Positions 1 to 10,377 of a DNA stretch of 64,000 bases are shown here, in pieces (positions within the stretch are counted from its first letter, which is position 1; each line of letters begins with the position of its first letter). The stretch lies in assembly GCA_000092065.1 (NCBI GenBank), contig CP000585.1. The stretch is one strand, 5' to 3'. Source of the DNA: Ostreococcus lucimarinus (Eukaryota). The position numbers and the translations under genes are program-made. The notes beneath the pieces were generated by a model. The model was not told the DNA's origin, ran no database searches, and saw only the letters and a list, made by a program, of their open reading frames with translations.

Positions 1-2
1 GC

Positions 3-977
3 TCGTTCGAGATGCTGGCGAGCATCCCGCCCGGCACTCCGCGCGTGCACTACGCGTCGTCTTGGCCCGAGCGCATGAATAAGTCGGACGTGAGCTTGTT
101 TTGCATCGATCACCAGGGCCACGGGCGAAGCGACAGCGCGTCGCCCGGAAAGCGATGCTATTTCCATCGCTTGGATGATTTAGTGCGCGATTTCGCGCGG
201 TTTTGTACTTTAATACGTGGAGATGTCCCCGGAGTTCCGCTGTTCGTGGTCGGCACCAGTCTCGGTGGGTTCGTGGCGACGAAGACGGCGATGGAGTTTC
301 CAGACGTCGCCAACGGGTTGGTCACGTTGGCGCCGATGTTGAGCTTGGATCAGTTGTGCAAGCGGCCGCTGAATCGCGTGCTGTTGCCTTTCACGACGTT
401 GTTGTCGATGTTTATTCCAACCGTGCCTCTGGCGAAGACGGTGCGGAACACAAAGTTTCCTCTGACGCAACAAGAGGTCGAACAAGACGCGAACACGTGG
501 CCGAGCGGGGTGAACAACACGCGCGTGCGCGTCGCCGCCGAGGCGTACCTGAGCACGCTTAAACTGAAAAAGGCTGGGGAATTAGAAAAGATCACCATGC
601 CAGTGATTTCATTTCACGGCAAGGACGACCCAATGACCGATCCGAGCTCGAGCACGATGCTCATCGAGCGCGCGAACACAGCGGACAAGCACCTCGAGTG
701 GGTCGACGACGTCTTTCACGACCTCTGCCACGAAAAGCCCACGTCCGATCACATCTGCGAAGACATCATCGCCTGGTGTATCGCCCGCGTCAACGGTCCA
801 GTACCCAAAAAATCCGGCGACAAGCGATCGCGAGAGACCACTTACAGGGAAAACGGCGTGAGCGACCGCGACGCCGCTCGAGGCGCGACGACCAAGCGCG
901 TCCGCGCCGCCGCGACGAAGACATCGACTCGCAAAGCGCCCGGCCGCCGGCCGCGTCCGCGTCGCGAGTCGCGTTGA
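3..977 (+). CDS. alpha/beta-hydrolase fold lipase (monoacylglycerol lipase / lysophospholipase-like); 5'-partial because the gene starts upstream of the window
   Basis: Residues 22-37 of the 321-aa ORF (LFCIDHQGHGRSD, the ...GHG.S... signature) sit about 60 aa upstream of the nucleophile-elbow GxSxG motif (VGTSLGGF). A C-terminal HGKDDPMTDP block precedes a His. Only about 37 aa lie upstream of the GHG motif, so the N-terminus is missing. Confidence 0.6.
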   Translation, partial: SFEMLASIPPGTPRVHYASSWPERMNKSDVSLFCIDHQGHGRSDSASPGKRCYFHRLDDLVRDFARFCTLIRGDVPGVPLFVVGTSLGGFVATKTAMEFPDVANGLVTLAPMLSLDQLCKRPLNRVLLPFTTLLSMFIPTVPLAKTVRNTKFPLTQQEVEQDANTWPSGVNNTRVRVAAEAYLSTLKLKKAGELEKITMPVISFHGKDDPMTDPSSSTMLIERANTADKHLEWVDDVFHDLCHEKPTSDHICEDIIAWCIARVNGPVPKKSGDKRSRETTYRENGVSDRDAARGATTKRVRAAATKTSTRKAPGRRPRPRRESR

Positions 978-1201
978 GTCCATTCATCTCGCGCGCCGCG
1001 TCTTTTCGCGCGCGTCGTAGCATTCTTTCTCGTCATTCATAACATCTTGTATTCTCTCCGTCTCGCCCAGTCACCCGCCCAGATGCGCCTCGCTCGCAAC
1101 ACCAAGAATAACAACAATCGCGCAGGGCCAGATCGTCACCCCGAGCCGCGCCGACGCGTCGATCGCGCGCCGCGACGACCGTGAAGACGCCAACGAGCGT
1201 C

Positions 1202-2197
1202 ATGATCGCCCGAACCGTCGTCGTCGCCGCCGCGCTCGCGCTCGCGGCGTGCCCGACCCCGATCGTCGCCGTCAAGTTTGGCGAGGATTTCACCGACACG
1301 CTGAAAAAGAAACCGGAACCGCTGAAGGGACCGACGTACGCGCGCGATTTCGACGGCACGCAGATATTCGCGGATGATTTGTCGACCATGTACATGCACG
1401 GATTGACGTGCGGGGCGTGCATGGCGGTGCTGAACGAGACGAAGACGCTGTACGATCGCACGGAGGAGACAAAATTTCATCACCCGGACGACGTCACGGG
1501 AGGTTTGATGTACGATTACATGCACGAAGCGACGGAACCCGAGGAATTCTGCGATGGGAACGTGCTGGGGGAGAAGTATGGGTTGAATAATATCACTGGA
1601 CACGTGGCGGCGGCGGCGTGGTTGCGGTTGCGGGCGGTGAGCCAGTTGCGCTTGCACGGTCAATACGAAGGCACGGAGATGGGCAAGCGAGCGATGATGT
1701 CTTTGAATGAGTACCGATGGGCGATTGATCTTGGATTGTTGGGATATGATTTGTTCTCTTTGCTCGAGGAGGACGAGGAGCGATTCGATCCGATCAAGCT
1801 CGCGGAGGAAAACGCGGTCGAGGTCGACGAAGACGACGAAAAGTATGACCAAAAAGTTGATACTCGGGAATTCATCGTCCGTTCGCTCAAGACGCATCCT
1901 TATCGCATCCCAAGACAGAAGATGAAGCTCGAGCAAGTGTGTTACGACATCGTCAAGAGTCGACCTTACATTCAAGCGCTGCTCCACCAGAAATTGCGCC
2001 GCGATCGCCACTACGAGATTTGCCACGCGCTGAAAAAGTGTGTCTGGAAAACACCACAAGAAGTGCGAATCATCGAGCAAGCCCGCGAGGAAGCGCTCGA
2101 AGCTTACATGGAAGCACTCTTAGAAGAAGGTGAAGACCTGTTCGACGACGAAGGAGAAGGAAAAGAGAATGAAGACGAGGAAGGAAAGGAATTATAA
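1202..2197 (+). CDS. Secreted saposin-like protein with an acidic C-terminal tail (hypothetical)
   Basis: The true ATG lies inside the GTG-initiated ORF (MIARTVVVAAALALAACP is a signal peptide). There are two Cys-pair blocks with saposin-B-like spacing (LTCGACMAVLNE...EFCDGN and QVCYDIVKSRPYIQALL...YEICHALKKC). The tail is rich in Glu and Asp. Confidence 0.4.
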   Translation: MIARTVVVAAALALAACPTPIVAVKFGEDFTDTLKKKPEPLKGPTYARDFDGTQIFADDLSTMYMHGLTCGACMAVLNETKTLYDRTEETKFHHPDDVTGGLMYDYMHEATEPEEFCDGNVLGEKYGLNNITGHVAAAAWLRLRAVSQLRLHGQYEGTEMGKRAMMSLNEYRWAIDLGLLGYDLFSLLEEDEERFDPIKLAEENAVEVDEDDEKYDQKVDTREFIVRSLKTHPYRIPRQKMKLEQVCYDIVKSRPYIQALLHQKLRRDRHYEICHALKKCVWKTPQEVRIIEQAREEALEAYMEALLEEGEDLFDDEGEGKENEDEEGKEL

Positions 2198-2283
2198 AAT
2201 GCTTTGCTCATTGTTTCAATCGGTACTGTATCAGCGTTGATGTGCGCATGTTTGTAACACCATCCGAAATTTGCCGCGATCGC

Positions 2284-4251
2284 CTACCTGTCTCTAAGAT
2301 ACCGCCAATAATGGTTCGTGTACTTGTGAATGTTGAGCACGACGCGATTTTTATTGGCGTACACCCTGTACGAACAGCGATCAACGATGACGTTCTTGTA
2401 GAGCTTGCGGATGAAGAAGCGATAAGCATTTTGTTTACCAAGCGCCCACATCTCTAACGCTCGATCTTGAAAGCACACGTAAACATCGCGCGCAAGAATG
2501 GCCTCGGGAATTTTCAAACGAATCTCCGCCCTCATATCTTCTTCGTACATTTCGTAATTGTCCAACTCGACGCGCTCCATCGCGGCGCCAGCGATCAAGC
2601 TTTCAATATCAATCAAACCTTTGTCCGCGAGCTCAGGTGGGAGCTTTTTGAAGCGATCGAACGTTTCACCTCTATCCGGCGTTCGCTGTGCTTCACTGCT
2701 CGTTTCGGCGACTTGATACGGGTTCTTATTGCGCAATATCGCCGTCTCGTGTTTCTTCATTGCGTCGACGACTTGCTTCGCCGCCATTCGATGCCCCACG
2801 GGGAGGTCTGCCCCGGGACCTATGGTTAGCGAGGCGTACGCACCCAACACGTACATCGACGTTCCTGGCCATCGACAGCCTCCACCTCCGCCTGCAGCCG
2901 CGGTTTGTCCTTTGTCGTGCGCACATTCAATTTTTTCCTCCGCGAGCGCAGGGAAGCCTCGAGCGATTTCTACGGACGTTGTCTCCACGAGCGTGCGGAG
3001 CGCTGGATCTTTCGCCAGGTCCACGAATTCACCACACGCTAGCCATATCTCATCGTGTGTAGATGTGACTTCTTTTTCGAAAATGGCGAGCGCTGAACTA
3101 TCGGGCTCGATTCCTTCGTCGCGATACCTTCTGTACATCGCCGACTCGAACTCCACTTTGGCTTCATCCGTAGGCGCCGATCGAACGCGCCATTTCTTTT
3201 CTCTGTCGCTCCACACGGCGCCATTCAACACGCGTTGCTCCAGAACTCGAATATTATCAGTCTTTAAGGCTGCATCTCGCAAACGACGGTGCGTGTGCTC
3301 GTTCACGCTCGCCTTCGACTTGAAGGACTCGAGCTTGTTGGCGCGAATTTGCGCGTCGGCGCACGCGTGAAATTCGTACAGTCCTTTATTCCCAAAATAC
3401 TTCACGTCGCATTCAAACTCACTCACGGTGATTTTCCTTCGGCACATCAGCGTCACTACCTTGGCGCCGCGCGTCTGCGCAGCGAGCGCGAGCGTCGCCG
3501 CCGTCGTTCCTCCGCCGACGACCAAGATGCACTTTCCTCGCGCGCAATCAGTGGCGCTCATATCCACGTCGGCTGCGTTCATGATTCCACAATCGATGCT
3601 TTGGCGGTCGTAAGACGCGTTGTACTTTGCGTACGACGCTTTCGCTTCCAGGACCCAGGACGGAACTAGCGGAAGGGAAAACTTCGGCGTCCACACGCAT
3701 CGCGCGGCGAGAAACGTCTTTCCGGTGTCGAGCGTCAATAAAATCGCGCCGCACCGCATCATAGCCACCGCATCACGCTCGTCCTGGCCCACGCCAGCAG
3801 CGCCTTCGCTCTCGTCAATTGCTTTGAACGCGTCACGAACCTCTTCCGACGTCTCGTCGCACCACCGCACGTCCACGACGGTGCCTCGCTCCACGCGCAC
3901 GCCACCGAATCGCTCCGCCACCGTCTTCGCGCAGTACTCCGCGAACACCCTCACACTCGGCACTCCCGCGAACCCACTACCCGTCCGCACCACATCGCGT
4001 TTCTTCCCCAACGTCTCTATGTACCGCTCGAGTCCACATGCGTTCTCAAACGGCACTTGCGTCGTCGTCGATCTCAAGTGCGTCGCCCCCAGCCTGAGTT
4101 GCGTCCTCGCGAACGAGTACAACCACGCCCCCGACGGGTCGATCACCACCGCTCGTTCGGCGCGACCTCTGCTCAGCCTCGACAAGACGCTCAAACACGC
4201 GCGTCCACTGCCGACGATCGCGAGCTCGCACCGCTCGCACGCCGTCGCCAT
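2284..4251 (-). CDS. FAD/NAD(P)-binding oxidoreductase with two Rossmann dinucleotide motifs and an uncharacterised C-terminal domain
   Basis: The start is at MATACERCELAIVGSGRACL (residue 96 of the 750-aa ORF). The first GxGxxG/A motif is AIVGSGRA; the second is ILVVGGGTTAATLALAA about 250 aa later. This arrangement resembles flavin monooxygenases or pyridine-nucleotide-disulfide oxidoreductases. Third codon positions are G/C-rich, consistent with this genome's coding bias. Confidence 0.5.
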   Translation of the reverse strand: MATACERCELAIVGSGRACLSVLSRLSRGRAERAVVIDPSGAWLYSFARTQLRLGATHLRSTTTQVPFENACGLERYIETLGKKRDVVRTGSGFAGVPSVRVFAEYCAKTVAERFGGVRVERGTVVDVRWCDETSEEVRDAFKAIDESEGAAGVGQDERDAVAMMRCGAILLTLDTGKTFLAARCVWTPKFSLPLVPSWVLEAKASYAKYNASYDRQSIDCGIMNAADVDMSATDCARGKCILVVGGGTTAATLALAAQTRGAKVVTLMCRRKITVSEFECDVKYFGNKGLYEFHACADAQIRANKLESFKSKASVNEHTHRRLRDAALKTDNIRVLEQRVLNGAVWSDREKKWRVRSAPTDEAKVEFESAMYRRYRDEGIEPDSSALAIFEKEVTSTHDEIWLACGEFVDLAKDPALRTLVETTSVEIARGFPALAEEKIECAHDKGQTAAAGGGGGCRWPGTSMYVLGAYASLTIGPGADLPVGHRMAAKQVVDAMKKHETAILRNKNPYQVAETSSEAQRTPDRGETFDRFKKLPPELADKGLIDIESLIAGAAMERVELDNYEMYEEDMRAEIRLKIPEAILARDVYVCFQDRALEMWALGKQNAYRFFIRKLYKNVIVDRCSYRVYANKNRVVLNIHKYTNHYWRYLRDR

Positions 4252-4739
4252 GGCGAAAACGCCCGCCCCGTCCCGTCGAACCCCACGAAACCACCTCCTT
4301 CGCGATCGTTCGCGGTCGCGCGCGCCCGACCGCGCGTTCACACGACGTCTGCGCGCGCCGCCCGACGCAGCGCGATTCCGCGCGCGATTTTCGTCGCGCG
4401 TTCGGCGCCGCGCGTGCGAACCGCGCGTCGCGCTCTGCCGCGTCGCGTCGCTTTTTTCGAGCGTTTCATCGAGCGTTTTTCTATCGAAAAAGTCAACGAG
4501 GCGTGGATGTGCGATACGCCCGACGCGACGACGCACAACGACGCGCGCGACGACGCGTAACGAACCGGCGAGGGAACGAAATAAAATAAACAGGCGCGTG
4601 GCGCGATGCGAGACGACGCGCGCGCGAGGATGGATGCGGTGCCGCGTCGAGAGTCTCGATCTCGGATGCGCTTTTTCTCGACCGACGCGAGAGCGTCGAG
4701 AGCGCCGACTGACGCGGTGATCGCGCCGCGCGCAGACGA

Positions 4740-5807
4740 ATGATGGTCGGGATGCGATTCGGTTCGACGGAGTTTCGACAAAAGTACGACTTCGTCGCGC
4801 AGTTGACGCCCGAGGACGGGGCGAAGATTTGCCGCCAGGTGAGCTTTTATTTCAGCGACTCCAACATCGGGCGAGACGACTATCTGCTTCGCGAAGTGGT
4901 CAAATCAAAGCGCGAGGGACACGATGGAGCGGTGGAATTGGCGACGATCGCGCGGTTTCAGAAGATGCGAGAGTTGCTTGCGCCGTATGGTGGGTACGAC
5001 AATTTCTCGGCGATGATGCCAAAGGTGGCCGAAGCGCTCTCGCAGTCAGACATCGTGGAGGCGTGCGAAAACGGAACGCGGGTGAAGAGAAAATCTTTGA
5101 CGATCGATGGGAAGGAGCCCGATTTTTCTACGGATGAAGGCATGCTTCAATACCGTCAAGCGATGATGGTTGAGCTCGATAAGCGATACGTTTTTGCGAG
5201 CCCGTTCTCGAGGCACGCGACGATGGATTCGATCCGAGCCTTCTTCGACGGCGTCGGCCAAGTCAAATCGATTCGCCTGCGACGACACACGGCTAGTAAA
5301 GATTTCCGTGGAAGCGTTTTCGTCGAGTTCGCGACGGAGGAAGAGGCGAGACACGTCGCCGCGCGCACTGATTTGGTGCACGAGGGCGCGAAAATTGAGC
5401 TCGCGATGAAGTCTGATTACCTCGAGAAGAAGAAGGCGGAGTCGCTCTTACAAAAGGAGAAGCGCCGGCAAGAAGCCATAGCGCGGGGCCAGGATCCGGA
5501 GAATATCCCGCCCGAACCCGAACCTGTTTACGTGGGCAAAGTTCCTGAAGGCTTCGTTCCCGGCCGAGGCGGCGGACGAGGCGGCGGACGAGGCGGTGGA
5601 CGAGGCGGCGGACGAGGCGGCGGACGAGGCGGCGGACGAGGCGGCGGACGAGGCGGCGATCGAGGTGGCGATTTCGGTCACGATGGTCCCGGTCGGGGTC
5701 CTGGATTCGGGTACGGTGGTCCGGATCGCGGTGCGCCTCGCTTCGGATTCGGCGCTCCCGGTCCCCAACGACCCGGCCCTCCACAGCGATTCGGACGCCC
5801 ATACTGA
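4740..5807 (+). CDS. La protein (La motif + RRM + C-terminal RGG/GGRGG repeat tail)
   Basis: The ORF starts at a true ATG (ATGATGGTC). The La motif is VSFYFSDSNIGRDDYL. The RRM includes RGSVFVEFATEEEARHV. The C-terminus is a (GRGGG)n array followed by Gly/Pro-rich sequence. Confidence 0.8.
   Translation: MMVGMRFGSTEFRQKYDFVAQLTPEDGAKICRQVSFYFSDSNIGRDDYLLREVVKSKREGHDGAVELATIARFQKMRELLAPYGGYDNFSAMMPKVAEALSQSDIVEACENGTRVKRKSLTIDGKEPDFSTDEGMLQYRQAMMVELDKRYVFASPFSRHATMDSIRAFFDGVGQVKSIRLRRHTASKDFRGSVFVEFATEEEARHVAARTDLVHEGAKIELAMKSDYLEKKKAESLLQKEKRRQEAIARGQDPENIPPEPEPVYVGKVPEGFVPGRGGGRGGGRGGGRGGGRGGGRGGGRGGGRGGDRGGDFGHDGPGRGPGFGYGGPDRGAPRFGFGAPGPQRPGPPQRFGRPY
5563..5670 (+). repeat. Perfect 15-bp tandem repeat (ggcggcggacgaggc, about 7 to 8 copies) encoding the GGRGG repeats of the La protein
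   Basis: Direct reading of 5561-5670: cgaggcggcggacgaggcggcggacgaggcggtggacgaggcggcggacgaggc... with a single g-to-t variant. Confidence 0.85.
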
Positions 5808-5928
5808 ACGCGAATGAAATGACGCGAAATGTCGCTTGATGTCCGATTAATGTTTTGCCTAACGAAATGAAAGCTCATGTCTATGATATAATACCGCGCG
5901 TCGCCGCACCACCCGCCAAAAGAATCGA

Positions 5929-6290
5929 TTACTTCATTCTCAACCCGAGGCCCGACATGACCTTGGAGTATTCGTTGAAGTCTCTCTTTTTGAGGTAGTT
6001 TTGCAGGCGGCTACGCTGACCCAAGAGCTTCTTCAACCCACGCTGCGTGGCGTAATCCTTCTTGTTCTTGATCAAGTGCGCGGTGAGCCCTTCGATGCGC
6101 TTGGTGAGGAGCGCGATTTGCACCCCCGAGCTCCCGGTGTCGCTCGCCGACTTTTGGAACTCAGCCATGTCCGCCACCGCCGGGCGCGTGCGCTTATCCG
6201 CGGCGACGACTTGCAACGCGCCGCGTTGGTGCGTTTGCGCCCGTCGCGGAGCGAACGAGCTCGAGGCGTTAGCCTTGGCAGCTGCGCGCG
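5929..6290 (-). CDS. Bacterial-type (organellar) ribosomal protein S15; the 3' exon or mature part, with the initiator probably in an upstream exon
   Basis: DTGSSGVQIALLTKRIEGLTAHLIKNKKDYATQRGLKKLLGQRSRLQNYLKKRDFNEYSKVMSGLGL matches the uS15 signature (...RGLLkmv.qRR.LL.YL...). The track ORF starts at TTG (6216). The frame stays open upstream to about 6294 (LSRAAAKANASSSFAPRRAQTHQRGA, presequence-like) without an ATG. The only in-frame ATG (MAEFQK) would leave no targeting peptide. Confidence 0.65.
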
Positions 6291-6771
6291 AGAGTCAATT
6301 TCGGGTCAGATAAGAGGGTTCTAGGGTCAAATGTACGCCCGCGCGCGACGCACGCGCCCACGCGCGGCCGCCGTCCTCGACGCGCGTCGCGAACGACGCC
6401 GACGTATTTCCACATCCAAATCCATCGCGCGCCGTCGCGCGCGCGCCGTCGCGCGTCGCGCATCACCGCGTCGCGCGCGTCGCATCGCCGCCTCGCCACG
6501 TCGCCATCGCCGATGCGCGCGCGTTCGATCTCGTCGCGCGCGCGCGTCCCGCGCGGCGCGTCCCGCGCGACGCGACGCGACGCTCGAATTTTCTCGCCGT
6601 CGAGACGCACCGATGCGGGTCGTGGAGAGCGTGAACATCGCGCGTCGTGGTGTGCGGCGCGTCGCGTCGCGCCCGCGAGGGTCGGGCGGCAGTCTCGAAA
6701 TGTGAGTCACCACACGGAACACAAAGAGCGCCGAAAAGCGTCCCGCCGCCGCCACTCTTCGACGCGTCGCC

Positions 6772-7362
6772 ATGCGCGCGTCGTCGCGCGCGCCCGCGAC
6801 GCGTTGTCGCGCGCCGACGCGCCTCGTGACGACGCGACGCGCGACGCGCGCGCGCGACGACCGCCGCGCGACGACGCGACGCGCGACGACGACCGCGGAC
6901 GCGGACGAAGAAACCCAAGACGCGCAGGCTCGAAAGATGGCGATCGAATTCGCCGTCATCGCCGACGACACGCGCGCGGTCGAGGTGCAGGTGCTGTCGG
7001 TGGCGAAGAGCGTGTTCTACGCGCGATACGTCGTGCTGGCGACGGCGTTCAATCGACCGCAGATGAACGCGTGCTGCGCGAAGATGCGAGAACTGGCGAA
7101 CGAGGCGTACGGGTTGACGGTGCCGAAGAGCGCGGCGCAGGTGGGGGATTGGGCGTGTTTGGACTGCGCGGACGTCGTCGTGCACGTGTTTTCGCCGAAT
7201 TCGCGAACGCATTACGATTTGGACGGGTTGTATAAGGGCGCGGAGCGCGTTGAGTTGCCGTTCGTGACGGAGACGCGAGGGGGGAGCGAGACGGAGGACG
7301 AATTCGAGCCGTACGACGAAGAAGAAGACGAAGAAGACGACGAATTCGAAGTCTTCGAGTGA
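6772..7362 (+). CDS. Iojap / ribosome silencing factor RsfS family protein with an Arg-rich organellar presequence
   Basis: There is a true ATG at 6772. The C-terminal half (AIEFAVIADDTRAVEVQVLSVAKSVFYARYVVLATAFNRPQMNA...DWACLDCADVVVHVFSPNSRTHYDLDGLY) fits the RsfS/Iojap (DUF143) family. The tail is acidic (EE, DEEEDEEDDEFEVFE). Confidence 0.75.
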   Translation: MRASSRAPATRCRAPTRLVTTRRATRARDDRRATTRRATTTADADEETQDAQARKMAIEFAVIADDTRAVEVQVLSVAKSVFYARYVVLATAFNRPQMNACCAKMRELANEAYGLTVPKSAAQVGDWACLDCADVVVHVFSPNSRTHYDLDGLYKGAERVELPFVTETRGGSETEDEFEPYDEEEDEEDDEFEVFE

Positions 7363-7522
7363 GCGTCGCACGCGATGTAGAGTAGACGTTAAGTAATATT
7401 GATTATCGCGCTTGTAAGTTCACGCGCGGTCGCGCGGGACGAGACGCGGCGCCGTCTCGCGCCGCGCGCCCGTAGACGTCGTCGCGCTCGCGCGCGCGCG
7501 CCGCACAGCGCGCCTCGCGCGT

Positions 7523-7554
<32 letters not shown>

Positions 7555-7556
7555 TC

Positions 7557-8585
7557 ATGTCGATCGACCGCGAGCGCGCCGTCGTCGCCGTCGTCGTCGC
7601 CGCGCTGTTCGCCGCGCACGCGCGCGTCGTCGGTCGCCTCAAATCTCGACTCGCCGCCGCCTCGACCGAAAAGCAGCGCTTGCAATCGATCCTGCGCGTC
7701 CGCGACGTCCCTAAGACCACGGGTATGTTCGCGCCGATCGCGCGCGCGCGCAGTGCGTTTTCTCGACGCAACGGCACGCCGCGACAGGGCGGCGCGCTCG
7801 TGCCTCGGGCGCGGTGCGAGGTAAAGATGGAGGCGCGCCTGCCGCGACACCTGCTGGAAGGCTTGGACGAGTACACGCACTGCTGGGTGATTTACGTGTT
7901 CCACGCGAACACGAATTTAGCGGGGACGAAGACGGGGGGTGCGGCGAAGGGAAAGGTGGCGGTGCCTCGATTGGACGGAAAGCGCGTCGGGGCGCTGGCG
8001 ACGAGGACGCCGCACAGGCCGATTCCAGTCGGGCTGTCCGTCGGGACGGTGGAGAGCGTCGACGCCGAGCGAGGAGTGGTAGTGATAGGAGGGATTGATT
8101 TAGTAGATGGAACGCCGATTTTGGATATAAAGCCGTATGTGCCGTTTTGTGACTCGATCGCGAGCGCGAAGGCGCCGGATTGGGTCGGGAAGGAAGCGGT
8201 CGGGAAGGATGAACCGTTGAAAATTATTCGAGTCGACGTCGCGGAACGCGCCGAGGCGCCGTTGGCGAGTTCATACGCTCGAAGCGCGGCGGCGAAGACG
8301 CTGTATCCCGATGTCAGCGCGTTTGTTGAATTCTGCAAAGAAGTGTTGACGTACGACATTCGTTCCATTCGCGAACGCAACGCAGACGTGGACAAGCGAA
8401 AGTTTGACACGTACAGGGTGATTTTGTGCGACGTGGAGATCGAGTACACCATTAGCGAGGAACGCAAAGTCGAAATTACTGGCGCCAAAGCGGTCCCTAG
8501 AGAGATTTTTGATGATTGGGAGCGCGCGAAAGTCGAGCAGCAGGCTCGTGAGGCGTTGGGAGAGCATCCAAAGCCGAAGCATTAG
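7557..8585 (+). CDS. TsaA/YaeB (TRMO-like) tRNA m6t6A37 methyltransferase family protein
   Basis: There is a true ATG at 7557. The conserved core is HCWVIYVFHAN...LATRTPHRPIPVGLSVGTVESVD...GIDLVDGTPILDIKPYVPF, characteristic of the UPF0066/TsaA fold. The N-terminus has an Arg-rich presequence. Confidence 0.7.
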   Translation: MSIDRERAVVAVVVAALFAAHARVVGRLKSRLAAASTEKQRLQSILRVRDVPKTTGMFAPIARARSAFSRRNGTPRQGGALVPRARCEVKMEARLPRHLLEGLDEYTHCWVIYVFHANTNLAGTKTGGAAKGKVAVPRLDGKRVGALATRTPHRPIPVGLSVGTVESVDAERGVVVIGGIDLVDGTPILDIKPYVPFCDSIASAKAPDWVGKEAVGKDEPLKIIRVDVAERAEAPLASSYARSAAAKTLYPDVSAFVEFCKEVLTYDIRSIRERNADVDKRKFDTYRVILCDVEIEYTISEERKVEITGAKAVPREIFDDWERAKVEQQAREALGEHPKPKH

Positions 8586-8623
8586 CGAGATAGTCATAGC
8601 AGGGCGATTCTTTGTGACAATTT

Positions 8624-10111
8624 CTAGAGTAACATCGTCATCGGATCTTCTAAATAACACTTGAAGGATTGAAGCCACTGCGCCCCCACGGCTCCATCCA
8701 CGACGCGATGATCGCAGCTCAAAGTCGCGCTCATTACCAAGACTTCCTCGTAGCCGCCCTCTGCGTTCTTGACGACTTCCTTTCTAGCTCCGCCGACGGC
8801 GAGGATCGCCGCTTGCGGCGGGTTTACGATCGCAGCGAAGTTCTTCACGCCGAACATGCCGAGGTTGCTAATGGTAAACGTGCCTCCAGTCATGTCCTGG
8901 GGCGTGAGAGAGCCGCTGCGCGCGCGGCCGGCGAGCGACTTGACTTCGGCGCTGATAGACTTCAACCCCAGGCAGCACGCAGATCGCACGATGGGCACCA
9001 TCAGCCCGCGCTCGGTCTGCACCGCTACAGAAATATCAGCTTTTTTGTACTTGCGAATCTTATCGCCCAACCAGCTGGCGTTCACGTCCGGCACCGCGAG
9101 CAACGCCTTGGCGCTCGCCTTGACGATGAAATCGTTCACGCTAATCTTCGCCCCTTCCGCAGCCTTATCATCAGCGAGCTGCTTGTTCAACGTTTCACGA
9201 ATCCCCATCATGTTATCCAAGCGCACGTCTACGGTGAGATAGAAATGCGGCAGTTGCTGCTTGCTTTCCGTCAAGCGCTCCGCGGTGACGCGCTTGATGG
9301 CGCTCACGCTCACGTCTTCGAAATCCGGGAAAAACTTGGACAACGGATGTTCCGCCACAACCGTGTGCGTCACCGCCTCACTCGCGCTCGACGCGCGCGC
9401 CGTGAGCACGTCCTCGGCGATCACGCGCCCGTTCGGCCCACTCCCGCTCACGGTCTCCAATCGCACGCCTCGTTCCTCGGCCAACCGTCTCGCCAGCGGC
9501 GACGCGAACACCCGTTCCCCGCTCGCGCGCGCGCTCATCCGCGCCGTCGCGCGCGTCGACGCCCTCACCACCGGCATCGTCACCGCCGTCTCCACCGCGC
9601 TCTTCGCCGGTTCCGTCGTCACCGTCTCCGTCGCTTTATAATCCTTAAACGCCGCCACCGCGCTCGCCTCCTCGCACATCACGCACACCGGCGTCCCCAC
9701 CTCCACGTCCGTCGCTCCCTCGGGCACCAGGATCGCCGCCAGGTACCCATCATCCGTCGCTTCCATCGCCATCGTCGCCTTATCCGTCTCCACGTCCGCG
9801 ATCGCGTCGCCGGCTTTGATTTCATCGCCGATCGCGCGATGCCACCGCGCGATCCCACCGCGCTCCATCGTCGGCGACAGCGCCGGCATCGGCAGCACGA
9901 CGTGCTCGGGGAGCGTCGACGACGACGACGCGAATCGCGCGCGCGCGGACGCGTCGAGCGCGGCGCGCGCGGCGCGCGCGCGCGAGGACGCGTCGACGGT
10001 CGCGCGCGCGAACGTCGAGGCGCGCGCGCGCGACGACGACGACGACGACGACGACGCCGGCGCGGGCGCGCGCGCGGCGGCGACGACGGCGCGAGCGAGC
10101 GCGCGACGCAT
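8624..10111 (-). CDS. Dihydrolipoamide acetyltransferase (E2 component of pyruvate dehydrogenase complex), mitochondrial-type
   Basis: The lipoyl domain is LPMPALSPTMERGGIARW...IADVETDKATMAMEATDDGYLAAILV. The E3-binding domain is VFASPLARRLAEERGVRLETVSGSGPNGRVIAEDV. The catalytic-domain motif is SCDHRVVDGAVGAQWL. The N-terminus is a Ser/Ala/Arg-rich presequence. Confidence 0.85.
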   Translation of the reverse strand: MRRALARAVVAAARAPAPASSSSSSSSRARASTFARATVDASSRARAARAALDASARARFASSSSTLPEHVVLPMPALSPTMERGGIARWHRAIGDEIKAGDAIADVETDKATMAMEATDDGYLAAILVPEGATDVEVGTPVCVMCEEASAVAAFKDYKATETVTTEPAKSAVETAVTMPVVRASTRATARMSARASGERVFASPLARRLAEERGVRLETVSGSGPNGRVIAEDVLTARASSASEAVTHTVVAEHPLSKFFPDFEDVSVSAIKRVTAERLTESKQQLPHFYLTVDVRLDNMMGIRETLNKQLADDKAAEGAKISVNDFIVKASAKALLAVPDVNASWLGDKIRKYKKADISVAVQTERGLMVPIVRSACCLGLKSISAEVKSLAGRARSGSLTPQDMTGGTFTISNLGMFGVKNFAAIVNPPQAAILAVGGARKEVVKNAEGGYEEVLVMSATLSCDHRVVDGAVGAQWLQSFKCYLEDPMTMLL

Positions 10112-10377
10112 CGCGCGCGCGTCGCGGCGAGCGTCGCTCGGGCGACGCGCGAGGACGTGTGCGGACGACGCGTCGGGCGCGCGTCGCGTCGAGGGCTACT
10201 CCCGGGTGTTTCGGGCGCGCGCGTCGTCGCGCGCCGCGCGTCCGACGGCGCGGCGCGATGATCGATCGAATCTGCGCGAGGAATACGCATCGCTAACTAC
10301 GCTAGAGCTAATCTACGGTCGTCGCGAACGCGCGCGCGTCGCGCGACGATTCGGCGGCGGCGCGCGCCGCGAGCGCG

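Noticed and set aside
8669-10261. 530-aa ORF (+) plus several others antisense to the pyruvate-dehydrogenase E2 gene
   Set aside because: These are Arg/His/Pro-rich low-complexity translations that fully overlap a confidently identified gene on the opposite strand. High GC removes stop codons, so long antisense ORFs are expected. The same reasoning rejects 6327..7371, 20015..21507, 21213..22316, 22974..24089, 32343..33584, 39149..40111, 40500..41417, 47003..47830, 55018..56556 and the other antisense/low-complexity ORFs listed in the track.
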